Shown: positions 32,934 through 43,165 of the stretch, piece after piece
Layout of the letters: each line of letters opens with the position of its first letter
Numbering within the stretch: position 1 is the first letter of the stretch
NCBI GenBank assembly: GCA_963813135.1
Contig: CAWEXY010000021.1
Coordinates: 32,001-96,000 of the forward strand
Length of the DNA stretch: 64,000 bases
Origin: an uncultured Verrucomicrobiae bacterium
GTDB lineage: Bacteria > Chlamydiota > Chlamydiia > Chlamydiales > Rhabdochlamydiaceae
Direction: 5' to 3'
Translations under genes and position numbers: made by a program
The notes under the pieces: generated by a model
The model's database searches: none
What the model was told of the DNA's origin: nothing
Seen by the model: the letters and a program-made list of their open reading frames with translations, nothing else

Positions 32934-34184
32934 ATGCCCCGAGCGCGCTTGAGCATCATCGCCTCCCTCATTTGCTGCTTCGTATTCCTATCCTCGTTTT
33001 TCTTGGACAAACAGCCCGACCTGACCATCTTCGGCTTCTGCAACATGGCCGATGGCGTCGGCAGGCAATCCCCGGAACTCATCGAAGCATTTAAAGAAGA
33101 ACTCTCCATCAATTTTATTCCCACTCGTCAGAGCAAGCTCACCGACGTTCCCAAAAGCATCAAAAAAATCCTCAAAGGCAAAAATCAGGACCTGGGAAAA
33201 GTCATCCTCTTTGAAGATCTTATTTGGTGGCCCGGCGAAGAGAAATTTCGCAAGCTGGATTTGCCCGAGGCTAAAAAAAGCATCAAGATTGCTTACTCGA
33301 TGTTCGAGTCCACCCAAATCCCGCCCGAATGGGTCATCATCCTCAACAACTATTTTGACGCCGTTGCAGTTCCCGACCGATTTCTGATCGATGTTTATGA
33401 GAAAAGCGGCGTTAAGATCCCCATATTCGAACTTCCCCTCGCCCTCAACCTTGACAGATACCTCGCAAAACCCCTCAAAACCCATCGCCGCTCGCCCCTC
33501 GTCTTCGCCAACTTTAGCGCCAGCAGCGATCGAAAAAACCAGCTCCTTCTCATCCGCGCCTTTGCTAAAGCTTTTGGCGACCGCGCCGACGTCCTCCTCC
33601 GCATCAATAGCCGGTCCGGAGAACCCCATGTACGCGAAGCCATCACCAAAGAAATCGCCGAGCTCAACGCCACGAACATCGTCTTCACCCAGTTTAACTT
33701 ATCTCAAGAAGAGTATCTTAACCTCTTCGACCAGGTCGATTGCTACGTCAGCCTTTCCAAGGGAGAAGGATTTTCCATCCAACCCCGAGAGGCCATGGCG
33801 CTCGGCATCCCCGTTATCGCCACCGATAACACCGGACAAAGCACCATCTGTCAAAGCGGCCTTGTCAAGTCCGTCGACTCTCCTCATCAACAACCCGCCC
33901 TCTATCCTTGGGGCGATTACTATGGCTATTCCTTTAACTGCTCCCTAACCGATGCCGCCGATGCCCTGCGTGACATGTACGACCATTATGACGACTACCT
34001 AAACAAGGCCCCCATGTCCCGGACCTGGGCGAAGCAATATCAATACGAAGCCCTCAAGCCCCTCTACCGTTCTCTTCTCCATCCCCAAAAAGTCCTCCTC
34101 GGGCCCGTGAACCAGCTCACGCCCGACGGCTTGATAACCACCTCACCCGAACTCGCCGCAAAGTACCAAAGTCTGTTTCCTTAA
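32934..34184 (+). CDS. Glycosyltransferase family 4 (GT-B)
   Basis: Motifs 'DRKNQ.LLI.AF' and 'DCYVSLSKGEGFSIQPREAMALGIPVIATD' (Ex7E). Begins immediately after the upstream stop. Confidence 0.88.
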   Translation: MPRARLSIIASLICCFVFLSSFFLDKQPDLTIFGFCNMADGVGRQSPELIEAFKEELSINFIPTRQSKLTDVPKSIKKILKGKNQDLGKVILFEDLIWWPGEEKFRKLDLPEAKKSIKIAYSMFESTQIPPEWVIILNNYFDAVAVPDRFLIDVYEKSGVKIPIFELPLALNLDRYLAKPLKTHRRSPLVFANFSASSDRKNQLLLIRAFAKAFGDRADVLLRINSRSGEPHVREAITKEIAELNATNIVFTQFNLSQEEYLNLFDQVDCYVSLSKGEGFSIQPREAMALGIPVIATDNTGQSTICQSGLVKSVDSPHQQPALYPWGDYYGYSFNCSLTDAADALRDMYDHYDDYLNKAPMSRTWAKQYQYEALKPLYRSLLHPQKVLLGPVNQLTPDGLITTSPELAAKYQSLFP

Positions 34185-34226
34185 CATTTGTTATTATTTC
34201 TAGCGATCCCTTACAATCGCTTCCAT

Positions 34227-37124
34227 ATGACGCAGAGGTTGCAAGGATCGACACTTTCCCAGCACCACAAAGCCGCTGCCGCAGAAGCTGACAGCGAGCT
34301 TACCCGCTGGTTTGAGCGTTTTCCGCAAGGCCGCGATTCTCGCCTGTTAGAAAATTTCCCCATTCTCTTCCTTTTCGCCAGCACGGAATTTCTCGACCAT
34401 CGGGAACCTCACCATCTTTTCCGGCTCATTCTTTCTCTTCACGTCATTGAACAAAAGTTAGGCCGATGCCTGACCCAATCTCCTGAGAGCCGGCACATAG
34501 AATTTAAAATCTTCCCCGCAACTCTTTTTTATCCCTTTTCTTCCAAAAAAGTCCTCGGCTGCACCGTAGGAGCTTATCTTCCCGATCCCAATGACCGCTT
34601 CGATGAACAATCCCTTTTTGCCGCGATACAGAAAATCATCGGACCCGTCCACTTTATCTCAGAAAGCATCTACCGCCATCCTGTCAAAAATAAAAACTTT
34701 CATCTCCTTTATCTCGAATTGGAAAAAAGAGACGCCCCTTTCACCCTCTATCATCGAAAATCTCTCCAAGCAAACCTCAAACAACAGCTGCTGCACACCA
34801 TCCCCAAACTTTTTCCCGCCGTCTTCATGCGCCGCAACCAAGAAGAAGTATTTAAGAACATCCTGCTCCTAAGCCAGCAAATAAACTCTGCTCACGATTT
34901 GCCCCAGGTCATGATTTCATTGGAAGAACAAACTTCTGAAGAGATTATTTTTTTGATTACCCTTGTCACAGTAGAAAAACCTCTTTTCTTTGACCCCAAT
35001 CTCATCATTGAGCGCCAACAAGTCGTGCGAAACTTACCCTCCGGCGAAAGCCTAAGGGCTTACCTTCTGCGTCTATCCCTTCCGCGCGAACCCTCTCTTT
35101 TTCGATCCAATGGATCATTGAATTTCTATTCAGCTCGAGAAAAAGCCTCCAAAAAACTCCAATCCTTCCTTGGAGATTTTCGCGATTGCAACGGAGGCCT
35201 CCTCATCAAGCAAAGCGAACACTTGCAAAACCTTAGAGAGGCTTTTCCCTCTGTAGACGCCGAGCTAATAGAGACATTTTTTTATTCCTTATCTCCCTTA
35301 GAAAAGCAAGCGACCATTCCAACTCCCGCCCTATCGCAATTTTTTGCCTTCTTCCTAGAAGGAACACAGCTCCCCCCCTCCGAAACTTATCAAATCCGCT
35401 CCTCTGAGTCCCATGAGCTTTTCTTTGCCTCCATCCAAAGCATATTTTCTATGAACAAAGATATGCTCTCCCTCCCTTCTCATCCTTCTCTAATCGATAA
35501 AGAAGTCATCTCAAGCTGCACAACTGTTGGAGGCATGACATATGTCAGTTACATGATCCTCAGGCCCCAGCCCCACGATTGTACTAATCTCCTTGATCTC
35601 ATCCGCGAAACAGCCCAGTCATGGCACCACCAGCTTGCCAGCCAGAAAATCGTTCGTGTCGCCCTCGAAGACAAAATTTCCTCCCTTGACCCGCGCATAG
35701 GGGGAGACAACGCCTCTCCACCCATCCTCAAAATGCTCTTTGAAGGACTAATGAGGCTCGATCGAGAAGGAAAGATCCAACCCGCCATCGCACGTGATGT
35801 TTCAATTTCAAACGATGCAAAAAAATATACCTTCCATCTTCGTCCCTCGGTTTGGAACGATAAAACATCCCTCACCGCACATGATTTCGAATACTCCTGG
35901 AAAACACTCCTCTCTCCTCACTCTCAGACAGCTTTTGATTATTTCTTTCATCCCATTCTTTTTGCTAAAGAAGTAAAAAACGGAGTCCTCTCTCTAGATC
36001 AACTAGGCGTTCGCGCCCTTGATGACCTTACTCTCGAAGTCAAACTTGTCTTTCCCACACCCTATTTCCTCCAACTCACTGCCCACCCCCTCTACTCCCC
36101 TATCCATCGCCAAATAGATCAGCGATCCCCCGAATGGCCAAGTCAATCGGGTAAAGCGTACCCCTGCAACGGCCCTTATGAGCTCAAATTAAATCATCCT
36201 AACACCGGCTACCAACTCATAAAAAATCCCCTCTACTGGGATAGTGAAAATACACAAATCGACAAATTTGTTTTAACACATGTTCCATCTTCTCAAATGA
36301 CAAAGCTCTTCCAAAAAGGCGAGATCGATCTCATTAGCACCCCCTTAACATCGTACCATACTTTCCATTCTATAGAAAAAGATGCGAACAGTGTCTTAAT
36401 GTCTCAAAATATAGTTTGTTGGTGCGCCATCAATACCCAACAACCCTTTTTTTCTTCTCTTTCCACTAGACTAGCTTTAATGCGGGCTATTGATAAATCT
36501 GCTTTGGCAAATTCTCTTCCATTCCAGGCAATTCCTGCCCACTCGCCCATAGAATTTTCCCATAGCTCCATCAAGGAAGAAGTTAAAACACAATTTCAAC
36601 AAATGTCGAATTTATCGCTACCCCATCAGTTAGAACTAATCTATGACTCACAATCAGAGAAAGTCGTTTACTCTTTACAAAAAATGTGGAGAGATTCCTT
36701 GGGAATCGAATGTGATCTTAAACCTTTATCATGGGCTACTTTCTTTCATCATGTAACGGAAGGAAAATTTCAGTTAGCAGTCATTTCATGGACTTCATGG
36801 ATTGATGATCCTATTTACACCCTCAACGCTTTCCGGCACGCCCATGATAAAATTAATTTTTCCAATTGGGAAGATCCCTCTTTTCAAGCCTTGCTTGACC
36901 TAGCAGACCAAGAAATCAACCCCCATATGCGCAATCAATATCTTGCCAAGGCTGAGCTTATTTTGGCTCAAGAAATACCTGTGATTCCTCTCTACTATTA
37001 CAATAGCCAATCTTTCATGAGAAATGGCATCAAGATAGAATATCATCCGTCTCATGGTTTTTTTAATTTTATGAGAACGATCCAAACAAAAAGAGGTGCT
37101 TATGAGTTTCGTAACCAAAAATGA
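34227..37124 (+). CDS. Fusion of an unknown N-terminal domain (about 470 aa) with an OppA-like (SBP family 5) peptide-binding domain; no signal peptide
   Basis: From about 35646 the OppA motifs appear: SLDPR, LFEGLMR, YTFHLR..WND...TAHDFEYSW, GVRALDDLTLEV.L..PTPYF, NGPY.L, KNPLYWD and AELILAQEIPVIPLY. The N-terminus is hydrophilic with no lipobox. Confidence 0.85.
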   Translation: MTQRLQGSTLSQHHKAAAAEADSELTRWFERFPQGRDSRLLENFPILFLFASTEFLDHREPHHLFRLILSLHVIEQKLGRCLTQSPESRHIEFKIFPATLFYPFSSKKVLGCTVGAYLPDPNDRFDEQSLFAAIQKIIGPVHFISESIYRHPVKNKNFHLLYLELEKRDAPFTLYHRKSLQANLKQQLLHTIPKLFPAVFMRRNQEEVFKNILLLSQQINSAHDLPQVMISLEEQTSEEIIFLITLVTVEKPLFFDPNLIIERQQVVRNLPSGESLRAYLLRLSLPREPSLFRSNGSLNFYSAREKASKKLQSFLGDFRDCNGGLLIKQSEHLQNLREAFPSVDAELIETFFYSLSPLEKQATIPTPALSQFFAFFLEGTQLPPSETYQIRSSESHELFFASIQSIFSMNKDMLSLPSHPSLIDKEVISSCTTVGGMTYVSYMILRPQPHDCTNLLDLIRETAQSWHHQLASQKIVRVALEDKISSLDPRIGGDNASPPILKMLFEGLMRLDREGKIQPAIARDVSISNDAKKYTFHLRPSVWNDKTSLTAHDFEYSWKTLLSPHSQTAFDYFFHPILFAKEVKNGVLSLDQLGVRALDDLTLEVKLVFPTPYFLQLTAHPLYSPIHRQIDQRSPEWPSQSGKAYPCNGPYELKLNHPNTGYQLIKNPLYWDSENTQIDKFVLTHVPSSQMTKLFQKGEIDLISTPLTSYHTFHSIEKDANSVLMSQNIVCWCAINTQQPFFSSLSTRLALMRAIDKSALANSLPFQAIPAHSPIEFSHSSIKEEVKTQFQQMSNLSLPHQLELIYDSQSEKVVYSLQKMWRDSLGIECDLKPLSWATFFHHVTEGKFQLAVISWTSWIDDPIYTLNAFRHAHDKINFSNWEDPSFQALLDLADQEINPHMRNQYLAKAELILAQEIPVIPLYYYNSQSFMRNGIKIEYHPSHGFFNFMRTIQTKRGAYEFRNQK

Positions 37125-37461
37125 AATTCAGTATTTTCCTATTATCGAACAAATAGAGTCCCATATTGCTTGGCATGGGAATATTACCGGCTTAGAAACA
37201 GAAGACCTGCTTCAAGGAAAGAATCCCTTTACCTTTGTAATACGCAAAGGGGAAAAGCTTATGAATTATTATGTTTCCTTTGTTCAAAAAAATGGATCTT
37301 TTAAACATCAGCCCCTCCTCATACGAGTAACCGCTGAAGGATGGTTCTATCGCAATACGTTGAATAGCCTACCCTCCTATCGTCCATTTGTGGATTTTCT
37401 CCATCGTATCATCCATTGCGACGAAGGAGAGTGCCAGCCATTACCCTGCGCACACAAATAA
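37102..37461 (+). CDS. Stand-alone SH2-domain protein
   Basis: AWHGNITGLETEDLLQGKNPFTFVIRKGE...YYVSFV...GSFKHQ follows the SH2 consensus W(Y/F)HG.I.R.EAE.LL....GTFLVR.S...Y.LSV.....VKHY. ATG 37102 has a GAGG RBS and overlaps the upstream gene. Confidence 0.75.
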   Translation: MSFVTKNEIQYFPIIEQIESHIAWHGNITGLETEDLLQGKNPFTFVIRKGEKLMNYYVSFVQKNGSFKHQPLLIRVTAEGWFYRNTLNSLPSYRPFVDFLHRIIHCDEGECQPLPCAHK

Positions 37462-38802
37462 ATGTCTCCAACATCTCATTCGTGGAGGAGTTATCTCCTC
37501 CTTTATCTTCCTATAGCCGGAACATCGTTCCTTTCGGCGCTTTTTCCTTTTTTGGAAAAGATCCTCCTCGGACGTTTTTCTACGCAATCCCTCGAAGCTA
37601 TCGTGGGTGCAACCACTGTTTTACTTATTTTTCAATTCTCCTGCATTAGCATCGCCGCCCTAACGCAAGTCGATATCGCCCGCTATGCCGGAGCCGGCCA
37701 AACCCAGCGCATAGGCCCCTGCATTTGGCAAATGATCTGGTTTTCCCTCCTTTCCATGATCATCACCGTTCCCGTAAGCCTCCTCTATGGCCATTATTAC
37801 TTCGCAAATACATCCCTCCGCGATCTTGCCCTGCCCTACCTCCACCTCATGATCGCTACGAATTTTCTTCTTCCTTTGGGCGCTGCCCTTTCCGCGCTTT
37901 TTCTTGGAACCCGCCGCGGCAAAGAACTCTTCAAAATCAACCTCCTCGTTCAAACCATCGGATTCTTCCTATCTCTCGTTCTCATCTTCGGACTTCCCCC
38001 ACTCATCCCACCCCTCGGCCTTATCGGAGCTGGCATCGCCTTCATCGCAACCCAGGTCCTTATCTGCCTTATCCTCCTATATAAATTTTTCAGCCTCCCA
38101 CCCACTTTTGCTACAACTGCATGGAAATTCCATCCCTCCCTTTTCTGGAGCTATATCCGCCCCGGCCTTGTCCGTTCCTTTATGCGCAGCTCTGTCGCAA
38201 CCGCATGGTCTCTCATATTCCTTGTTATCCTCCGAAAAGGCGAAGATTTTCTCCTTATCTTCACCGTCGGAGGCACCCTGTGGCCTATATTCAGCATCGT
38301 CGCCAATGGTATGCAGCAACTCTTAATCACCGAAGTTTCTCATACTGCTAACAGTCCTTATTCACTATCCAACACCTTGCGCCAAGGCCTCATTCTCAGC
38401 GCTCTCATCATTGTAGCTTCGGCTATTCCCTTTCTGCTATTTCCTAAGCAACTCTTCTATTTCTGCATTTCAACTCCCCTTGACTTTCCCCAAACTATTG
38501 GACTCGGGCTCTGGCTTTGCCTTTCCTTTAACATTTTCTTCGGTGTCGCAAATGCATATATTCTTGCTTTCAAAGACATTTTTCAGCTCCTTGTCTTAGG
38601 GAGCATCACATGGATACTTGATCTCGCATTACCTTACCTAATTTTCACCTACCTTCCCATCGCTGCTCCCCAACTTTGGCTTGTGCTCGCCTTTAGTATT
38701 TTTCTCACCGCCGCTATCAACAGCCTTCGCGCCCGTTTTCTCATACGCAAAGTCCTATCCCCAAAATCTCCATTAGATTCCATACCGATAATCCTTGATT
38801 GA
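37462..38802 (+). CDS. MATE-family efflux transporter
   Basis: 446 aa, about 12 TM segments. MATE-like patterns 'LLLYLPI', 'IARYAGAG' and 'LIFG..LIPPLGLIGAGIA'. Directly abuts the SH2 stop (TAA|ATG). Confidence 0.8.
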   Translation: MSPTSHSWRSYLLLYLPIAGTSFLSALFPFLEKILLGRFSTQSLEAIVGATTVLLIFQFSCISIAALTQVDIARYAGAGQTQRIGPCIWQMIWFSLLSMIITVPVSLLYGHYYFANTSLRDLALPYLHLMIATNFLLPLGAALSALFLGTRRGKELFKINLLVQTIGFFLSLVLIFGLPPLIPPLGLIGAGIAFIATQVLICLILLYKFFSLPPTFATTAWKFHPSLFWSYIRPGLVRSFMRSSVATAWSLIFLVILRKGEDFLLIFTVGGTLWPIFSIVANGMQQLLITEVSHTANSPYSLSNTLRQGLILSALIIVASAIPFLLFPKQLFYFCISTPLDFPQTIGLGLWLCLSFNIFFGVANAYILAFKDIFQLLVLGSITWILDLALPYLIFTYLPIAAPQLWLVLAFSIFLTAAINSLRARFLIRKVLSPKSPLDSIPIILD

Positions 38803-38839
38803 CCTTCCAACAATCTCGTACAATCCCCTTCTCAAATAA

Positions 38840-40225
38840 ATGAAAACGAGCAATTCCCTCTCTTTAGATCCTAAAATAGGAAGCATCAAACACCTCTTAT
38901 TTCTGTATTTTCCCTTAGTCGGCGTCGCCCTTCTCTCGACACTTTTTCCCTTTTTAGAAAAAATCCTTCTCGGCCGCTTTTCATTAGAGGCCATGGAAGC
39001 CGTCATCGCAGCCTCCACCGTATGCAATGTCGTAAAAATCCCCTGTATTACCGCTGCATTTATCGCTCAAGTTCATATCAGCCGCTTCGCGGGCGCCAAT
39101 ACCCCAGAACATATGGGCCCCTGCATTTGGCAGATGATCTGGTTTTCTTTCCTCTCCATGATCATCACCGTTCCAATAACCCTCATTTATGGGCATTACT
39201 ATTTTGCAGGAACCACCATTCGCGACCTTGCCCTTCCCTATCTTTACATCATGACAGCCGGCAATTTCCTCTTCCCCTTAGGCGCTGCTCTTTCCTGCTT
39301 CTATCTCGGAAATAGAAGAGGAAAAGAACTCCTTAAAATCACCTTCCTCGTCCAGTCCCTAGGCCTTTGCCTCGCCTGCGTTCTTATCTTTGGAATATCC
39401 ATTATCCCACCCCTCGGCCTCATAGGCGCTGCGCTCGCTTTCATCTCTACCCAGCTTCTGTTCTGCCTCATACTCTTCCGCAACTTTTCCAAATCCTCCC
39501 CCATCTATGCGCCCTCTTCCTGGAAGCTCCGTCCTTCTCTCCTATGGGAGTACCTGCGCACAGGGATAATCCGCGCCTTTTCCACCACGTCCACTCTATT
39601 TGCTTGGTCCGTGATATCGTTTTTTGTTATTCACAAAGGAGATGACTTTCTCCTTATCCTAACTCTGGGAGGCGCCCTTTGGGAAATCTTCTCCGTCCTG
39701 ACAGAAGGCCTGCTGCAATTGCTCACAACAGAAGCCTCCCAAATTATTGGAGGCCAGCAAAGATCCCTCATTGAGAAACCCTTTCGCATAGGACTCCTCT
39801 TCAGCCTGGGAATCTCAGTAGCTCAGGCCATCCCCCTGCTCCTATTTCCTCAACAGCTCTTCCACATCTGCTTTTCAACGCTCACGCTTTCCTCCACTTC
39901 GCTCAGCATCCTAGCCCTAGGTCTTTGGACATGTTTCACCCTGGATGCGCTCAACGTTGTCGGAGTTGGGTACATCCTTTCATTCAAAGACACATTTCAG
40001 TTCATCCTGCGAGGAATCCTCTGCTGGATTTTTGAAGTCGGCTGTACATATCTTATTCTCCATAACTTTTCCATCGAGGCTCCGCAGCTTTGGCTTGCCA
40101 TCAGCGCTGGCCACCTACTCGTGGCCATGGTGGCCCTCCTCCGCGGCCGCTTCCTTGCAAAGCGGTATGCCTCTTCCATAGACTTTCAAGATCAGCGTTC
40201 ATTGGAAGCTGAAATCCAACACTGA
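38840..40225 (+). CDS. MATE-family efflux transporter (tandem paralog)
   Basis: 461 aa. Shares LFPFLEKILLGRFS, GPCIWQMIWFS, RDLALPYL, PPLGLIGA and APQLWL with the preceding gene. Confidence 0.8.
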   Translation: MKTSNSLSLDPKIGSIKHLLFLYFPLVGVALLSTLFPFLEKILLGRFSLEAMEAVIAASTVCNVVKIPCITAAFIAQVHISRFAGANTPEHMGPCIWQMIWFSFLSMIITVPITLIYGHYYFAGTTIRDLALPYLYIMTAGNFLFPLGAALSCFYLGNRRGKELLKITFLVQSLGLCLACVLIFGISIIPPLGLIGAALAFISTQLLFCLILFRNFSKSSPIYAPSSWKLRPSLLWEYLRTGIIRAFSTTSTLFAWSVISFFVIHKGDDFLLILTLGGALWEIFSVLTEGLLQLLTTEASQIIGGQQRSLIEKPFRIGLLFSLGISVAQAIPLLLFPQQLFHICFSTLTLSSTSLSILALGLWTCFTLDALNVVGVGYILSFKDTFQFILRGILCWIFEVGCTYLILHNFSIEAPQLWLAISAGHLLVAMVALLRGRFLAKRYASSIDFQDQRSLEAEIQH

Positions 40226-40312
40226 TAAAAAAGTAGACCGCAGAAATCGTGTTAAAAGGAAATTGTCAAAACCGCATGCAAATTCTTGCCGCGGGTGTTT
40301 TCTCTTATGCCC

Positions 40313-41518
40313 TTACCAGATGGTAATTCCCCCGCGCACTGTGACAGCCGCGTCCAAGGATTCGCCGGGAAGGAACCCTTTTGTTTTCCCCCCAACTTGG
40401 AGAAAAAGCGAACCCGAAGAACTGAATTGCCTTCTCAACATAATCGAAGCTGCAACTCCGACTTTTGGATCATAGGGTGAGGATGGAAAAGCCTCTTGCA
40501 GCTCCCATTTCTCTCTAAGGCTTTTGTAGGAATACTTTTTATCTTTGAACGCTGTATGCGGTTGATACCAACCATCGAAGCGAACGCCCACTGCTGTTTT
40601 TTCGTCATGCCAAAGCAAAGAGGGATGCTCGAGGCCAATGCCTGGGTAGACGTGTCCCGAATGACGGCCATATCGCAAATAAGCATAGATAGGCTCATTC
40701 CCTTTCAGGAGATAATTTTCCAAATAGTATTCCGGACCAAAAGGAGTAAGGCCAAGACGCAGACCTGGAAGGTATCCATATTCCCCTACGGGAATCATAG
40801 GAACTGGCCTCTGATTGCCTCGGACAATGTAATCTCCCCAGCTATACATGGCAAGATACGTGAAGGGGTCTAAGAGATTGATCCAAGCCTGCCGCTTGAG
40901 GGATTTGATAGACAGATGATCATCTGAATAGACCTCGTTAAGCAGATCGACATAATGCTTAACATCTCCTACATCATACACAGAATCTCTCGTATGATGG
41001 GTATACCACGTCAAATCATGCTGCGAAGATAGGTAAAGGACCGTTGATCGTGGATCGAGGTTTTCATTTTTAAGCCAACTGAGTTTAAGGCGATTTGCGA
41101 GAACAGCGGTTCCTTCCATTCCTGCGGAATCAATTGCCAAACTTTGAAACGGGGTCCATTTGGGAGAACGCTGAAACATCGTATATCCCCCGCCATTGGC
41201 ATAGGGGAAAGGAACTCCAACGCCATACTTCAAAACATGTCCATGCAGGCTTCGAACACGATAACCATGCCCAAAAACTTCATGCTGCGCTGTAGACGCA
41301 TATCTGCCAAGCGGATCCCAGAAACCAATTTGTGTGAACAGGCGCTCATACCAAGGCGGCGATGCGCTACGAGCATCTAGTGCCCACTCGGCAACATGAA
41401 ATCCTTCGATGATATCTTCACCTCCCGCATAAGGCGAAAAATGGGGATCCATGATGAAGTTAAAATGATCCTCAGCGAAAAGAGCACCGCAGCACAGAAA
41501 TAAGCAAATGGTTTTCAT
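40313..41518 (-). CDS. Exported protein with HExxGH motif and probable C-terminal beta-barrel (paralog of 49177..50400)
   Basis: Start ATG 41518 gives signal peptide MKTICLFLCCGALFA. Contains QHEVFGHG, and amphipathic strands ending RGGITIW. Confidence 0.65.
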   Translation of the reverse strand: MKTICLFLCCGALFAEDHFNFIMDPHFSPYAGGEDIIEGFHVAEWALDARSASPPWYERLFTQIGFWDPLGRYASTAQHEVFGHGYRVRSLHGHVLKYGVGVPFPYANGGGYTMFQRSPKWTPFQSLAIDSAGMEGTAVLANRLKLSWLKNENLDPRSTVLYLSSQHDLTWYTHHTRDSVYDVGDVKHYVDLLNEVYSDDHLSIKSLKRQAWINLLDPFTYLAMYSWGDYIVRGNQRPVPMIPVGEYGYLPGLRLGLTPFGPEYYLENYLLKGNEPIYAYLRYGRHSGHVYPGIGLEHPSLLWHDEKTAVGVRFDGWYQPHTAFKDKKYSYKSLREKWELQEAFPSSPYDPKVGVAASIMLRRQFSSSGSLFLQVGGKTKGFLPGESLDAAVTVRGGITIW

Positions 41519-42000
41519 GGTTATTCTCCGAAAGAAAAACCATGATCGCAAAACAACAAGCAACTATCAATGTAAAACAATGTGTATAAAATCAATTATA
41601 TTATTAATTCCTAATACGCAAATCACCTAGCATAAGCCAAGAAGGCGGAATCATGTGTTCGAGTGATTCATATTACTTTTCAATTTAAGTTTTATATGAA
41701 CATTTGTTTTAAATGCACTGATTTATGGAAAACAGGTCACATATCCGTTCTGCCAACTCCAAATCCACAATTTTCGAACTAATAGAATATAATTTAAAAA
41801 ATTACTAAAAAATTACACAAAACATAAAAAACCAAAAACTTACTGAAAAAATCAAAATAAACACATTTAAAATAAATTAATTTTTTGTCATCAAGCCACA
41901 CTTAAGCCTGTTAAAATATCTTGAAAATTGTTAACATCGTCGATGACAAAAGAAAAAATTAGCCAGTTTACTGAGTTCAGTTAAGGAGTAGGAGCGAAAA

Positions 42001-42477
42001 ATGAGCTATAAAAAAGACGGAAAATGTCATTGTGACGCTACATTGCTCACTGTTATCATAGGTTCATTTCGGAAGCATTTAGGAGAAATCATTAAACTTA
42101 AACAACAATTAGAGGATCGCCATGTAGCGGTGCTTTCTCCTATAGATGAAGATGTGGTTAACCCGAATGATGAATTTATCATTTTTAATTCTGACCCTGT
42201 CTCAGATCCAAAGCTTTTACAAGATTCTGTTTTCGCCAAAATTAAACGCTCTACTTTCGTCATAGTAGCTAACATAGATGGTTACCTGGGACGAGCAGCT
42301 ATCCTCGAAATCGGCTATGCTTTAGCTCTTGGAATAAGCATCTATACCTTAGAGCCTGTTGAAGACCCTCATCTTGTACCATATTGTAGGCTTCTAAGCA
42401 GTATCTTTCCTGATATAGAGATTGATACTACTTCAGACCAAGATTTGCAATTTGCTATAAGCGAAATGACCAATTGA
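42001..42477 (+). CDS. Nucleoside 2-deoxyribosyltransferase-like protein
   Basis: Pattern 'IIGSFRK', 'VLSP', 'KIKRSTFVIVANIDGYLGRAAILEIGYALALGISIY' matches the NDT-like Rossmannoid fold (ExGYA Glu). RBS AGGAG. Confidence 0.7.
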   Translation: MSYKKDGKCHCDATLLTVIIGSFRKHLGEIIKLKQQLEDRHVAVLSPIDEDVVNPNDEFIIFNSDPVSDPKLLQDSVFAKIKRSTFVIVANIDGYLGRAAILEIGYALALGISIYTLEPVEDPHLVPYCRLLSSIFPDIEIDTTSDQDLQFAISEMTN

Positions 42478-42490
42478 GACAAGGATAACC

Positions 42491-43165
42491 ATGGAAACAA
42501 GCCAACAATATAATAGTTTTGCAGAAAAATATTCTGAAATTTTTATTAAGCATAATGAAGAGAGCATTAAGGCTTATTTTCGGTGCTTGGAAATGGATCT
42601 GTCTATGAAAAATGTCTTAGATCTCGGATGCGGAGACGGGTATGATCTATCGATAATAAAGAATAAGGGAGCGCTTATTTATGGCGTGGATAGTTCCAAA
42701 GAAATGGTGCAGCTTGCTCGACGAAGGAATCCGGAAGGTAAAATAGAAATAGGCTCCTTTGAAAAAACACCTTTTGAAAACAGCAAGTTTGATCTTGTAA
42801 TTAGTAAGTGGGCGTTACAGACGGCTTCGCTAATCGATCCAATTTACCTAGAAATGGCCCGCATCTTAAAACCCGAAGGAAAGCTGATTTTTTTAGTCTG
42901 TCATCCAATTCGACAGTTTATTGAAAAAAAGAAAAAGGGGAAAAATTACTTCGAAAAGGAAATAGTTAAATCTGTTTTCTTTGATGGCCAAATCACAGCC
43001 TTTGAGCCCTCACATACATTAGGCGAGTATCTAAGTCCTACATTTTTTAACTATTTTACGTTAGAAGCTTTTGAGGAAGGGCTGGACGCTGCAGCTGAAA
43101 AAATTGAGGGTGATGTTTATCCTAGTTATTTTATTATAAAAGCTAGCCGCAAAAAGGCTTTCTAG
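42491..43165 (+). CDS. Class I SAM-dependent methyltransferase
   Basis: Motifs VLDLGCGDG, GVDSS..MV, PFENSKFDLV and RILKPEGKL. Confidence 0.9.
   Translation: METSQQYNSFAEKYSEIFIKHNEESIKAYFRCLEMDLSMKNVLDLGCGDGYDLSIIKNKGALIYGVDSSKEMVQLARRRNPEGKIEIGSFEKTPFENSKFDLVISKWALQTASLIDPIYLEMARILKPEGKLIFLVCHPIRQFIEKKKKGKNYFEKEIVKSVFFDGQITAFEPSHTLGEYLSPTFFNYFTLEAFEEGLDAAAEKIEGDVYPSYFIIKASRKKAF

Noticed and set aside
34227..37124. Ordinary oppA of an ABC importer
   Set aside because: It has no signal peptide or lipobox, carries a large extra N-terminal domain, and no permease or ATPase genes are in the window.
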